Of a DNA stretch of 64,000 nucleotides, positions 13,863 to 25,057 are shown piece by piece. Where the stretch lies: positions 62,001 through 126,000 of the forward strand of contig CDMY01000897.1 in the NCBI GenBank assembly GCA_001179505.1. Direction: 5' to 3'. The notes beneath the pieces are model-generated. The model ran no database searches. It was given only the letters and a program-made list of their open reading frames with translations, and was not told the DNA's origin. A program made the position numbers and the translations under genes. Within the stretch, counting starts at the first letter, position 1. Every line of letters starts with the position of its first letter. This DNA is from Vitrella brassicaformis CCMP3155 (taxonomy: Eukaryota > Protista > Chromerida).

Positions 13863-15352
13863 GGGGGGGGCACATGACCATCACATGCACACAAACATGT
13901 GGTGGTGGTAATTCAATTAAACAAAGACAGGACAGGCTACTTCGAAAGCGGTTCATTTCGTTGGGGGGCTGCTAGTGGTGAGGGAGGGGGTGGAGGGGGG
14001 GGGGGCAACCATCCACAGCATCCATCCATCCATCCAGCCACTCTACTTATCATGCGCCGTGCCTGTATTGTTGGGTTGTTGGTGCTGTTGATTTGTTATG
14101 TTGCTGGTGGGTGACCGGGGGGGCAGGGGGTGGGGTGGCTGCTGGGTTGTTCGTACTATGCGTGTTGCAGCGTCGGCGTATGACCTGACACGGACATACT
14201 TACTTCAGAGGAGAGAGAGAAAGGGGAAGGAGACGGAGAGAGCGCCAGCGCCCCCCACCCACACATCACATCCCTACACTCTTGCACACCACGCCATCCC
14301 GTGCTTAAACTTTTTTCTTCAAGAGGAAGGAGAACGGACCATTACAGCGTCTGCGCAGGCAGAGACAGACACAGAATGAATCAGACACAGAGAGGCGGAG
14401 AGGCCGGCGGGTGGATAGGAAAGACAGACAGACAGATAGGTGCAGCGAATTAGCGATTTTTCCTCCCTGTGTTGGTAGGGCAGGCCAGCTGAGCTCAGCT
14501 GGTTGGTACTTCTTGGTTGGTTTGTTGTGGCGTGTGTGGTTCTCACGTCAATCAGTCAGTCGAGTCAGCCTCAGTGAGTGAGTGCATCGCTAGTCATCAG
14601 TCAATTAAGCCAGCCACGCCATGCTAGCTACATAACGACATCCAAGGGAGGGAGGCCGGATGGATGGATGGACGGATGGAGCAAAGGCTTCCATGCGCAC
14701 AGCCCGCTCCTCTCGAATGCACTATATAATGACTATGTGCCTGCCTGCCTGCCTGCCTGCATACACACGTACCTCTATATGACGAGTGCCACCCAGCGCG
14801 CCCATCAATCAGTCCCCCGTCTGTCTGTCTGTCTGTCATGGTGTGTGTAGCTGTCTGTCTGTTGGTTTGTTCTGCTGCTTTGCGAACGGATGCCGGATGC
14901 CGGCAACCATGCACAATATGTCCAGCGCTGCATGTCCTGACTGCGTGCGCATGAGCCGACGTGCGCCTTGGCTGGTTGATGGCAATGATTGCGATTGCGC
15001 TCCTTCTGTGTCCGTGTCTGTCTGTCTGTCTGTCTACTGGACTGACTGCCCGTCCGTTTGTCGTCGTGGATTGCATCATGATGTCGTTGCTTGTGGGTGT
15101 GGGTGAGTGAGTTAGTGATGAGCAATTAAAGAGCCGCCTGCCTGCCTGCCTGCCTGCATGGTTCGTGCGTATCTCCTGCCTGCCTGCCTGCCTGCCTGCT
15201 GTGTGAGTGTGTCCATGGAAGCAAGCGGTGCAGAGAACGAGCAATGCACGCGGATGATTGGATGGATGGACACAGACAATTAAGAGCCTGAAAACGTCCC
15301 ATTGCAAGTTTACTTACCCTACGATCAGTCGAAGCTGTGTTGCTGGTCAATC

Positions 15353-18300
15353 ATGGCGTCCTCATCTAATGACGGTTCCGAGATCTCCGACGACGAGCAC
15401 CAGCTGGGCCAGCAGCTTGGCGCCCTCAATGAGAGTGTGGTGTGTGGCGTGCTGGTCAAGACGGCCAACAAGGTGCGCACCGTCGGGTTTGCCATGTTCG
15501 ACCGCGACGAGAAGCGCATCAAAGTCTGTGAGTTCAAGGACAACGAACACTTCTCCACACTCGAGGCCACACTCCTCCAGGTAAGAAAGATCTCGACGGC
15601 ATGATCTGATCCATGCTGCGCTGTGTGTGTGGATTCGGATGGATGTGTGTGTGTGTTTGGATCACACACACGCACAGGTGCGGCCCGTGAGCTGTGCGTT
15701 TCTGGCGCCGGATGACCCCGTTGACGCCAAGAAGATCGACGAGCTGCTCAAGGCGTGTGAGATTGAGGCCGTACAGCGCAAGAAGGCCGAGTTCAAGGGT
15801 GAGGATGAACGGCGCAGCGCAGCAGACACGAAGCTGCACATGACACGTGGTGGATATGTGTGTGTGTGTGCGTGTGGTGCAGCGGCTGATTTGGAGCAGG
15901 ACATCGAGCGTCTGTTGTGCGAGGACGACAGCATCAAGAACCACCTGGGTCAGCTGCAGCAGGCGGCGGGCATGGAGGCGCTGGCCGGCCTCCTGGGCTA
16001 CTACCAGCTCATGGCCGACCACACGAACTTCCACCAGTGCGCCCTACACACATACGACACCATGCAGTTCATGCGAGTCGACAAGGCCGCCGCAAACGCC
16101 CTGCAGATACTGCCCAAACCCAAAGAGAGTAAGAGGACGGCAGAGCGAGAGAGATATATGGTGGGGACAGACCACACTCTGTGCCCACGCGTGTGTGTGT
16201 GGTGTGGTTTTCTGCAGCTGCGCGGAGTCCGACGTCGCTGTATGGTTTCCTCAACAAGTGCCGCACGTCGCTGGGCAGCCGTCGGCTCAACACCTGGGTG
16301 GCGCAGCCGCTGCTCGACGTCAAGGAGATACAGATGCGGCTCGACGTAGTGGAGATCTTCAAAGAGGTCGGTCGGGGATGAAGTGCGCACCGCACCCCTC
16401 ACACAACAAGTGAAGTGGCCTGGCCTGTGTTCCTTCGTTGTGTGTGTTGGGGGAAGGAGGATGCCCGAGACTTACTCCTTCTCTCTCTTTTTTGGCTGCC
16501 CCCCCGCTGTGTGTGTGTAGGATGCCGAGTTGCGTCAGTCGCTCCACTCGGAGTATCTGCGGAAGGTGCATGACCTTGACAAGACCACGGCGAGGTTCCA
16601 CCGCATCTCGGCCCTCGACGAGCAGCAGCCGCCGCCGGCCAAGGGCAAACTCAAGGCCAAGCTGGACGACCTCGTCAAAACATACGATGCCGTCATACAC
16701 ATGAGGGTCAGTTAGTGGGGTGGGATGGCTCATACCGACACACACATCTGTGTGTGTGTCTGTCTGTCTGTGGCTGGCGCGTAGGGTGCCGGTCATGTGT
16801 TGAAGGAGTACGTGTCTTCACCTGCTGCCGCTGGAGGGAGCGCCAGTGCCGCTGGTGGTGGTGGTGGTGGTGGGGGTAACCGTGAGAGTTTGCGCGAGTA
16901 CATTGTGAAGCCCCTCAAGCAGGCCCTCGAGGGCTTTGAGAACTTCCTGCAGCTAGTCGAACACACCGTAGACCTAGACGTGAGCACACCACGCCCCGCC
17001 CTGCCCCGCCCACACACTGATGGCTCATCCACTCGTGAGTGTGTCCATGTGTGTGTGTGTGTGTGTCCATCGCATCGATCAGGAGTATCAGCGGAGCCAG
17101 AGGTGCATCCTCCACCGCACCTTCGACCAGCGCTTCACGCAGCTGGCCAAGGAGAAGGACGACATAGCACAGGCCATAGAGGACCACAGACGACGGGTAC
17201 ACACAGATCCCTCCACCCCATTGAGAGAGAGAGAGAGAGAGAGAGAGGCTGGCTCCAGGAGCTCACCACCACAACTCTCTCTCCCTGTGTGTGTGTGTGT
17301 GTGTTGCGGTGTCAGGTAGAGAGTGATTTGGGTTTGGATCGTGGCAATCGCAAGAGCGGCAAGGGCAGCGACGAGCTCGTCACCATCAAGGACGACGGCC
17401 AGCACGGCAAAGTCTTCAGAGTCACCAAGAAAGACCAAAAGACAGTAGAGGTATCTCAACACACAGCACAGACCACACAGTACACACGAGAGCCTGCGTC
17501 TGTCTGTGTCTGTGTCTGTGTGTGTCAGGGGTCCAAGAAGGGCCGCTACCGCCAGGTGCGCATCAACAAGGGCGAGTACCTCTTCACCACATCCCAGCTG
17601 GCGGGCTACGTCAAGCAGCTGACGGAGAAGGAAACCGAGTACGAGGACCGACAGAAGAATGTTAGTGAGTAAACACACACGCGGAGAGAGAAGGACAGGC
17701 AAACAAGAGCGTCGCTGTCGTGGCATGCCATCCCTGGCTCTGTGTGTGTGTGTGTGTGTGTGTGTGCAGACTGTGTATCGGGCGGTGCGTGTGGGGTCGA
17801 CCCACTGGCCGTGTTTGGAGCAGCTGGCTGACGTGGTGGCCAAGATCGACATACTCTCCACCTTTGCCCTCATAGCCAACAACCACAGATACAACAAACC
17901 GACCCTCGAACCTGACGGTCCGTCAACCGCACCATAATCCCCACACACACCCTCTCTCTCCGTGTGTGTGTGTGTTTAGGCAGTGTGGTGTGTCTGGAGG
18001 GGAGCCGTCACGCGCTGGTGGAGATTCAGCACCACACGAGCCACTTCATCCCCAACGATGTGCACATGGACCGCGACGCCTCCCGCCTCCACATCATCAC
18101 CGGCCCCAACATGGGCGGCAAATCGACATACATACGACAGGCAGGCAGCCCTACACCCCCACACAGCCAAAGCCACAGCCACAGCCACAGCCACTTACAT
18201 GCCTGTGTGTATGTGTGTGCAGGTGGCCTTGGTGTCGTTGATGGCGCAGATCGGCAGCTTCGTGCCCTGCAAGAGCGCCCGGCTGCCCATCTTCAACCAG

Positions 18301-19395
18301 ATACAATGCCGCGTCGGCGCGTCCGACGTGCAGCTGCGGTAGGTGAACCAACACGCCACACGCCACCACACATCCGCACGTCTAAGATGGACCCATGTGT
18401 GTGTGTCAGTGGTATATCGACCTTCATGGCCGAGATGTCCGAGGCGAGTGCCATCCTCAAGACGGCCGACAAGAACAGCCTGGTGGTCATTGACGAACTC
18501 GGCAGGGGCACCTCGACCTTCGAGGCAAGTCGCGTCGCCAACGACGGCAGATCAGGCCACACAAGGAAGGGCACATAGGCAGCAAGGCAAGACAGACACG
18601 CCATTCATTGCCTTGCGTGTGGTTTGTTTGTGTGGCGTATGGTGTGCAGGGGTTTGGGTTGGCCTGGGGTATTGCCAAGGCGATTGCCGACGAGCTGGGC
18701 TGCTTCTGCCTCTTCGCCACACACTTCCACGAGATGGGCGCCCTCGCAGGTCTGTGGGCATCTCTCTCTCTCCCTGTGTGTATTTGTGTGTGTGTGCACT
18801 GAATGTCAGAGTGCCCCGGAGTAGTGAATCGCCACGTGACGGCCGCCATCGAGACTGGCCATGGCCGTAGGGACCTCAAGTTCCTCTACAACTTACAAGA
18901 CGGATGCGCGGTCAGTCAGTGAGCCATTACCCCACCCACCTCATCAACTCAACTCAACTCCCTCCCTGTCGCCATGCAGGACCAATCGTACGGTGTGCAC
19001 GTCGCCGAGATGGCCGGACTGCCCGCGGCGGTCATCGAGCAGGCCCGCCAGAAGAGCCAGGAGCTGGAAGCCGTCGAGAAGAGCCACCCGACAGGCAACA
19101 AGCGCAAGAGGGACGGCGATCAACTTGATGGGGCAGTGGCAGAGGACACCACCGACAGCACCGGCGGCAGCACTGGCGAGGCCATCAAGCGGCTGAAAGG
19201 GGTGCTGCGGGAGATCTTCCAGCCGCCCGACGCACAAGGTGCCTGGCGCAGGGAGGGAGGGAGGGAGGGAGGCCTTGAGTGGTGTTCCGTCACGTCACCC
19301 CAACAGGTGTGTGCCCGTCCTGTGTGTGTGCAGGTTTGCAGGAGCGTGCGGTTGCGTCGCAGGCGGGCCTGGCGGAGGCGGCAGCCGTCTTCTGA
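15353..19395 (+). CDS. MSH2: DNA mismatch repair protein MutS homolog 2
   Basis: Connector/lever motifs [18 protein letters not shown] and [26 protein letters not shown]. ATPase motifs [53 protein letters not shown] (MSH2-type), FATHFHE and [13 protein letters not shown]. Last exon [20 protein letters not shown]. Confidence 0.95.
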
Positions 19396-20520
19396 GGAGG
19401 GAATAGGGAATAGCAAGGAGCCAGACAGACAGGCGGCATCTAGTGTAATGTACATAAGTAAACACACACGCGTGAGCAGTTAACTCCTATCCGCCGTAGA
19501 ATGGATGGCTCGTGAAGGAGTGAGGTGACTGAGTGTGGGGTAGATGAGGGTGTGTGTGTGTGTGTATGTGGGTCGGTGAGTGTGATTGAGTGCGGACCCC
19601 AAGACCCCTTTGAGGGCTTCTGCCCTTTGCGTGTTGGATGTTGCGTGTTGCCATCCGTTCCATATGCGCAGCCTCCTGCCTGCCACGGTCAAAAACGGGT
19701 CGGATAACCGGGTCACCTTCCAAAATGACCGCAAGACGATGAAGAACCTCTCTGTGAAAGAGCGGGCCGATGAAAGAGTGAGTGATTCCATGGAGAAATG
19801 CTGTGGGCCTGGAACACGGCCCAGGTGGCCTGTCCCAGTGCATCCCAGCCCGGGTGGGCCCGGAAAAGAAAAGAAAAAAGAAAGCAACCCGGCCGGCGGC
19901 GAGGATGAGGAGAGCGAGCAAAGCAAGACCTTGAGCGTCGCTTGAGCGTTGACTGGCGAATGAGTGATGAAATGCGACGAGCAATCGACAGATTGAGTGA
20001 TGGAATGTCCAAAAACACACATGAATCAAGGCGAACTTAAAGATCGATTGAGGTGTGTGTGTCGACTGACTATCATATGGAACTGCAAATGGGCGAACAT
20101 TCCACGGCACTCCTAGACACACACACACATACCGATCCATCCGTCCAGATAGCCCCTCCCTCCCTCCCTCCCTCCCAGGTCGATCGCCCGTCAGCCATCA
20201 CTCAGCCATTAGAGCAAGTCAAGTGCCCCTGACCCCCAATCAGGCGCACAAACAAAACAACCGACGGACGAGCAAGAGCACGACAGCACACAGCCCCACC
20301 CTGCCCCCAGACAGACGTCCATGTTTGTGTTGTCAGTGGATGGATGGACTACGGCATGATATGGTCTGGTGCTGCGATCCGTGACCGTAATGGAGGATGA
20401 TACTTACGTAGCAAAAATAGCTCCACACACATACACACACACATCAATAAGGAGCACTCAGCGATCGGTCAAGAAGAAGACTGCACGCACATGCACAACA
20501 CAACACACACACACACACAC

Positions 20521-20572
20521 AGTTATGTCAGATCCAATGCACTCCTAGTTATGTCAGATCCAATGCACTCCT
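20521..20572. repeat. Perfect 26-bp tandem duplication
   Basis: AGTTATGTCAGATCCAATGCACTCCT x2. Confidence 0.95.
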
Positions 20573-20668
20573 CTCTCCGTTCCTCTCGATCTCGTGTTGG
20601 TTGGCGGCTTACGGTGTGTCCAGTGTGTCCGCCAAACTGCCCGGGCTGCTGTGATGAGAACGACTCAC

Positions 20669-21135
20669 GGCCTGGTACTGGGGCTGGGCCTGCTGCTGTG
20701 CCGCAATACCGCCATACTGCAGCGCCTGCTGGTGTGGGGGCGCCTGTGCGTGGGGCGGCAGGGAGGGCTGCTGAGGCGGGCCCACCACGGTCGCACCACC
20801 AGCAGCCCCAGCAGCAGCACTCCCAGGTCCGCCGGCGGCCACCTGTGCGGCCCCCACATCGAGGAGGACCAACTGGAAGAGCTTCTTGATGTCTTGGCCC
20901 ACGACCTCATGCTTGAATTCATCCTCCCACAACTTGCATCTGCAGACAGACAGATGTGTGTTGGTGTGCTGAATGGCATCGCTCTCTCGTCTGTCTCTCC
21001 GTGTGTGTGAGTGGGGTGTGTGGCGTGCCGTACCTTGGGTTTCTGATGAGTTCGATGAAGGTGATGAGGAGGCCCCAGGGATGCGGGCGGTCCACTGCCA
21101 AACGATCCAACAACACCCTATCAACAAACACAAGG

Positions 21136-21167
<32 letters not shown>

Positions 21168-21420
21168 CAGCCACGACGGAAGTTGGTTGGGTGCGTACGC
21201 TTCATACCCTTGATAGAAGGCTTTTGGAGAGGATGTCCTCCCACAAGGTCCGGTAGGCTGAAAGCGGACCGATCGCTCGAGATGCAAATTGAACATGATG
21301 CGTTGGTCGGTCGGTCGGGCGTGTGTACTCACCTTCCTTCTCTTGAGTTGCAGACCATTGATGCCAGTGGACTTTGATCACAACAGGCAGATTCGCTGAT
21401 CGATCGCCGGTAGGAAACTC
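20669..21420 (-). pseudogene. CNOT1: Isolated C-terminal fragment of CCR4-NOT scaffold NOT1 (about 60 aa) fused to unrelated upstream exons
   Basis: Spliced exons give ...SKSLLSR|[28 protein letters not shown]|[29 protein letters not shown], matching the NOT1 C-terminal signature [28 protein letters not shown]...FW...EIEKLF. There is no room upstream for the remaining >2000 aa. Confidence 0.6.
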
Positions 21421-21828
21421 AAACAGGACACATGTATGTGTCACTGTCGTGTTTTCACCTACTGGCTGTCGAGGGGGGGCTGCTGTCGGGAAAAGAGAGC
21501 ATGTCTTGAGCACAAGCAGGGGAGGAGCATGTATCGCGTGTTCATTCCGTCCCTGCTTGTGCTCCTCCCGGCATACCTTTCGACACGTCAGCGAAGAAGG
21601 CGATTCCATGGCCGCCGGCTGAAAAGCTGCATCCGACCAACAGGCAGCAGAGCATTCAACACATCCCCCTTCCAAAAACGACGGGCCTCGGCCTACATCA
21701 TCTTGTAGTCCATCGCATCGAGCGTGAACCGGCTGTGGTCGTCCACGAGGCTGAGAACGGTGGTTCTGTCCTTGCCTTCCGTGGTCGAAAACCTGTATGG
21801 CTCCACTTTATCCACCCCTAACGAGTGG

Positions 21829-22050
21829 TCAGGGCTGGAGTGGACCAAAGTCATGGAGAAAAGCCTCGTGGCTACCGTGGGCGTACACGTGCTCTATGGA
21901 GCAGACGCTGACAAGGGGGTCGCCGTTTGAGTCGTCGTCCATACTGTCCGACTCCACAGGCTGTAGCAAGGGCGTGGTGTCCGCCGTCGATGCTCTAATG
22001 GGCCACCTCGCGCAGAGAGCGACCAGGAGGGAAAGGAACTTCAGCTTCAT
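21829..22050 (-). pseudogene. Signal-peptide-starting ORF, probably the damaged 5' part of the locus that ends in the NOT1 fragment
   Basis: MKLKFLSLLVALCARWPIRAS looks like a signal peptide. The ORF stops after 73 aa, while a second frame (SLGVDKVEPYRFSTTEGKDRTTVLSLVDDHSRFTLDAMDYKMM*) continues immediately downstream. Confidence 0.3.
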
Positions 22051-22162
22051 CTTTACCCTCAGTACTGATCTGTAGAGACGTCACGTAGGCCCCCCGGCCC
22101 GCCCCCGCGCATGCATGATGCGGGCGTAAATTTAAACTTCGCCAGCCATCCACCACTTCGCC

Positions 22163-22586
22163 CGCCTGGGCGCATCGGGAGCCGCTGACGGCTGGCATGG
22201 CGGGTCAGAGAGAACCGACCGCGTCATAATGACGGCACGCAGCGTTGAGGTCGCTTTGCTGACGTCTGCTGAGAGTAGGCACTGCTAGAAAGACGAGGCG
22301 AAAGAAAGTCAGATATCCGCTGCTTTGCTGGCGGCAGGCTTCACTTCACTCAGGCAAGCTACAGGGAGGGGAGCGGATTGCGAGCAGTTTCACGGAATGA
22401 GCTTCATTCGACGAGAATTTCGCGTGTTCGCGAGACGGGAGACGTCTCTCTGAGAAAAAGCGCGATTTCATCCGTTTTCCCCCTCCTGTGGCCATCCTGC
22501 TCCTTCCTCTGCTCATCCTTTCTCTTTGGGCGGCTTCCGCAAACGGCTTTCTCTTTGGGGCGCCAATTCAAAATACGCCCACAGGT
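22163..22586 (+). repeat. 5' module copy 1 (~420 bp; upstream sequence plus signal-peptide-like exon); inverted homolog of 48611-49060
   Basis: Direct comparison shows long near-identical stretches (CGCCTGGGCGCATCGGGAGCCGCTGACGGCTGGCATGGCGGGTCAGAG ... GCGGCTTCCGCAAACGGC). It reads PVAILLLPLLILSLWAASANGFLFG and ends at the donor AG|GTAGAC (22585). Confidence 0.9.
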
Positions 22587-22666
22587 AGACCTACCGATGG
22601 TGGCCGCCGGCGTTTCCGAAGCTGCTGAGGAAGCCCCATGCTGCGTGTAGTGCGCACAGCGCACAG

Positions 22667-24705
22667 TCGCGCCCAAGAGCTGCACCTCTTGTGCCGTTCC
22701 CCGCAACAGCAAGAACAGCCGCTACAGCAGCAGCAGAGCATGGGAATCCTATCGCGCGGCGAGGGAGAGGGAGGGGGAGTTGATCGGGGCGAGGGACGAG
22801 GTCGAGGACGACGAAATCGGGGACCAGGAGCCCGCTGCTCTCCCACTGTCAAAGACCAGCGCCACTGCCACACTGCTCGAGGGGCGAGGAGGTGACAAAG
22901 AGGACGACTGGTGCGGTGATGTTGGCGATGAGGAGACCGCCATCCCCCCAACGAACACCATCGCCACCCACTGCACCAGCATGAGGCCCAGCAAGGCCGG
23001 CGACAGCAGCAGCAGCGGGGACGGATCAGGAGAGGAGACCCCTGTGATGCTGAAAGAGGTGCGAATACCTGCACACAAACACCCAACGCACGCTTACCCA
23101 TTCGACGTCTGTATTGTCCTTTCTACATAGGTGATGGCCGCATCATCGCCAAAAGAGTCGACGCTAGACTCACCACCCCTGCCGTCGCTCCTACTCAACT
23201 GCCCCTCTCCCAACTGGTCAGCCATCGACGACATGGGCACACCCCCAGCCATGTTCGCATCCCCATTCACCGGCGCCTTCCCTCCCACCTCCCCATGCAT
23301 GTATTCTCGCCCTTCGGCCCACGACCATGGGAGGTGCTTGCACCCAAGGGACCCCCCGTGCCTCTTGCCGTCATGCCGGGCGACACGGTCCCGCTCGGCC
23401 ATGGGGTGGAGTCCGAGTGTGAGCGCCTGTTGCGGGGCGGGAGGGGGGGGTATATGGTGGCGGGGGGCATCTTCAGAGAGGGCGAGAGGCCCCAGCCTTC
23501 ATGAAATGGGTAGCGACAGATCACCGGGATGCGGGGGAGTGTCGGGTGAGGGAGCTGTGTAGAGATCTTGAGTTTGAGGCGAGCCAGCTGCGCAAGGCCG
23601 AGGCGGCGGTGGGCATGATCCAGCAGCTCCATCACACCCGGCTCAACAGCACCCACCCATCGGCGGGCGGCACGCGCCTCGTCCCCCGGGTGCTGGCGGA
23701 GGCCGCTGACGTAGAGGCGCTGCGACCGGTGGTCAATGAGGACGGGGAGAGGGTGGTGGGCACTGGGCGATGCCTAGTCATGACCAAAGTGGGCGACGGT
23801 AAGTCTCTATCGGAGCACGCAGACAGACAGACACACAGACAGACAGACAACGGGCGACATACACACACAGATTCGTGAATGAATGTACCTTGTCTGCGCC
23901 TCAGGTCTGTCGCTCAAAAAGTTTGCCGAGGGCCGCAACGCCGTTCCCCCGTTCCTCAAACCCACAGCCGCCGTCAACACCAGCCGCGCCATCCTCGCCC
24001 TCCACAACGCCGAGATCACCCACAATGACCCGCATGCGGAGAACTTTTTGATGGCCGACGAGACGACGGGTGAGGTGGGCGTCATCGACTTCGAGACGTC
24101 ACGCGACATGCGGCAGGCGAGCCCCCCGCCACTCGACAACCGCATCCGCCCCCCGGCCACGACGGTCGGCAACATGCAGGCCGTGTTGAAGGAGCGCGCC
24201 ATGCGGGATGAGGAGGTCGGCTACCACGCCGACCTGGTGGCCGTGGCCAGCTCCCTGCTGCCGCTGTGCTGCGACAACTCGGTCCTGTCGGCGGTGGTGT
24301 GGATGGACGCCCGGGACCTGGTGAAGGGGGTTCTGACCAAGTGCGAGGATGGGCGGCTGAGCAGCATGGAGGAGGTGACGGCGGCGTACCCGGAGGCCAT
24401 CAAGGAGGCCTACACCAAGGCCGTCAAGACCATCGGCCAGGACGAACGCCTCACCCCGGCCACCCACGCCATCTCCCTCAAGACGGCAGGCCTCTTCCGC
24501 GACGTCTGCATCGGCCATGCCGAGGGGCTGGCACCTGAGGTGCTGCGGGCGAAGATGGCCACCTACTGCGACGAAGTGACGGCGGGTGAGAGAACACTTG
24601 TGGTGTGGGTGCATCCGTGTGGCCATCTCGCTATCGCTCTCTCCGTGTGTGTGTGTGTGTGCAGACATGGTGAAGATTGCACGTCAAGAAACCACAGCTA
24701 TGTAG
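22667..24705 (+). pseudogene. Atypical (APH/RIO/Kdo-like fold) protein kinase, disrupted by two -1 frameshifts
   Basis: Gly loop LLRGGRGGYMVAGG, AFMKWV (beta3 Lys), CLVMTKVG hinge, catalytic loop HNDPHAEN, and VIDFE. The reading frame has to shift at about 23295 and about 23500 to join these motifs. Last exon DMVKIARQETTAM* (TAG ending 24705). Confidence 0.7.
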
Positions 24706-24738
24706 CGGGGTGTGTCGCCCTCCACGCCACGCCACGCC

Positions 24739-24907
24739 GACTCCCCTCTTCCACCGTGCGTCGCGCCAGAAGCAGGTCACCGACCCCGACTTTGCCATGC
24801 CCGCCGCAACACGATCGGTGGCCCTCCCACTCCAGCAGCAGCAGCAGCAGCAGCAGCTCGGTGAGGGCGACGCTGTCCATCTCAGGGGCACCATGGACCT
24901 GCGTGGC
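24739..24907 (+). repeat. Copied coding-exon fragment; inverted copy of 7079-7241
   Basis: GACTCCCCTCTTCCACCGTGCGTCGCGCCAGAAGCAGGTCACCGAC...CACCATGGACCTGCGTGGC matches the reverse complement of 7079-7241 except for a few substitutions and a longer CAG tract. Both read TPLFHRASRQKQVTDPDFAMPAATRSVALPL(Q)nLGEGDAVH.RGTMDLRG. Confidence 0.95.
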
Positions 24908-24992
24908 AGGTGTGCCATGTAATGTCATGCTGTGCTGGTGACTTCTTGATCATGTGAGTTGACGGGACGCACGTCAGTCCGCCACTGTAACG

Positions 24993-25057
24993 ATCGTTGC
25001 CTACATTTTATATCTGTTGGTTCCGTCTATCCATTTCTCTCGCTTTTGCGCGGTGTG
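24993..25057 (+). repeat. 3' module copy; homolog of 40951-41016, 41318-41375 and (partly) 45729-45751 on the minus strand
   Basis: ATCGTTGCCTACATTTTATATCTGTTGGTTCCGTCTATCCATTTCTCTCGC-TTTTGCGCGGTGTG versus the reverse complement of 40951-41016: 5 substitutions and 1 gap over 66 positions. Confidence 0.9.

Noticed and set aside
13330-13975. ORFs spanning the poly-X stretch
   Set aside because: Artefacts of the N gap.
14051-14113. Short signal-peptide-like ORF MRRACIVGLLVLLICYVAGG
   Set aside because: No continuing exons could be identified, and the GT-rich composition can produce such ORFs by chance.
19586-19945. Plausible-looking ORFs on both strands downstream of MSH2
   Set aside because: No motif, splice context or preferred strand could be established.
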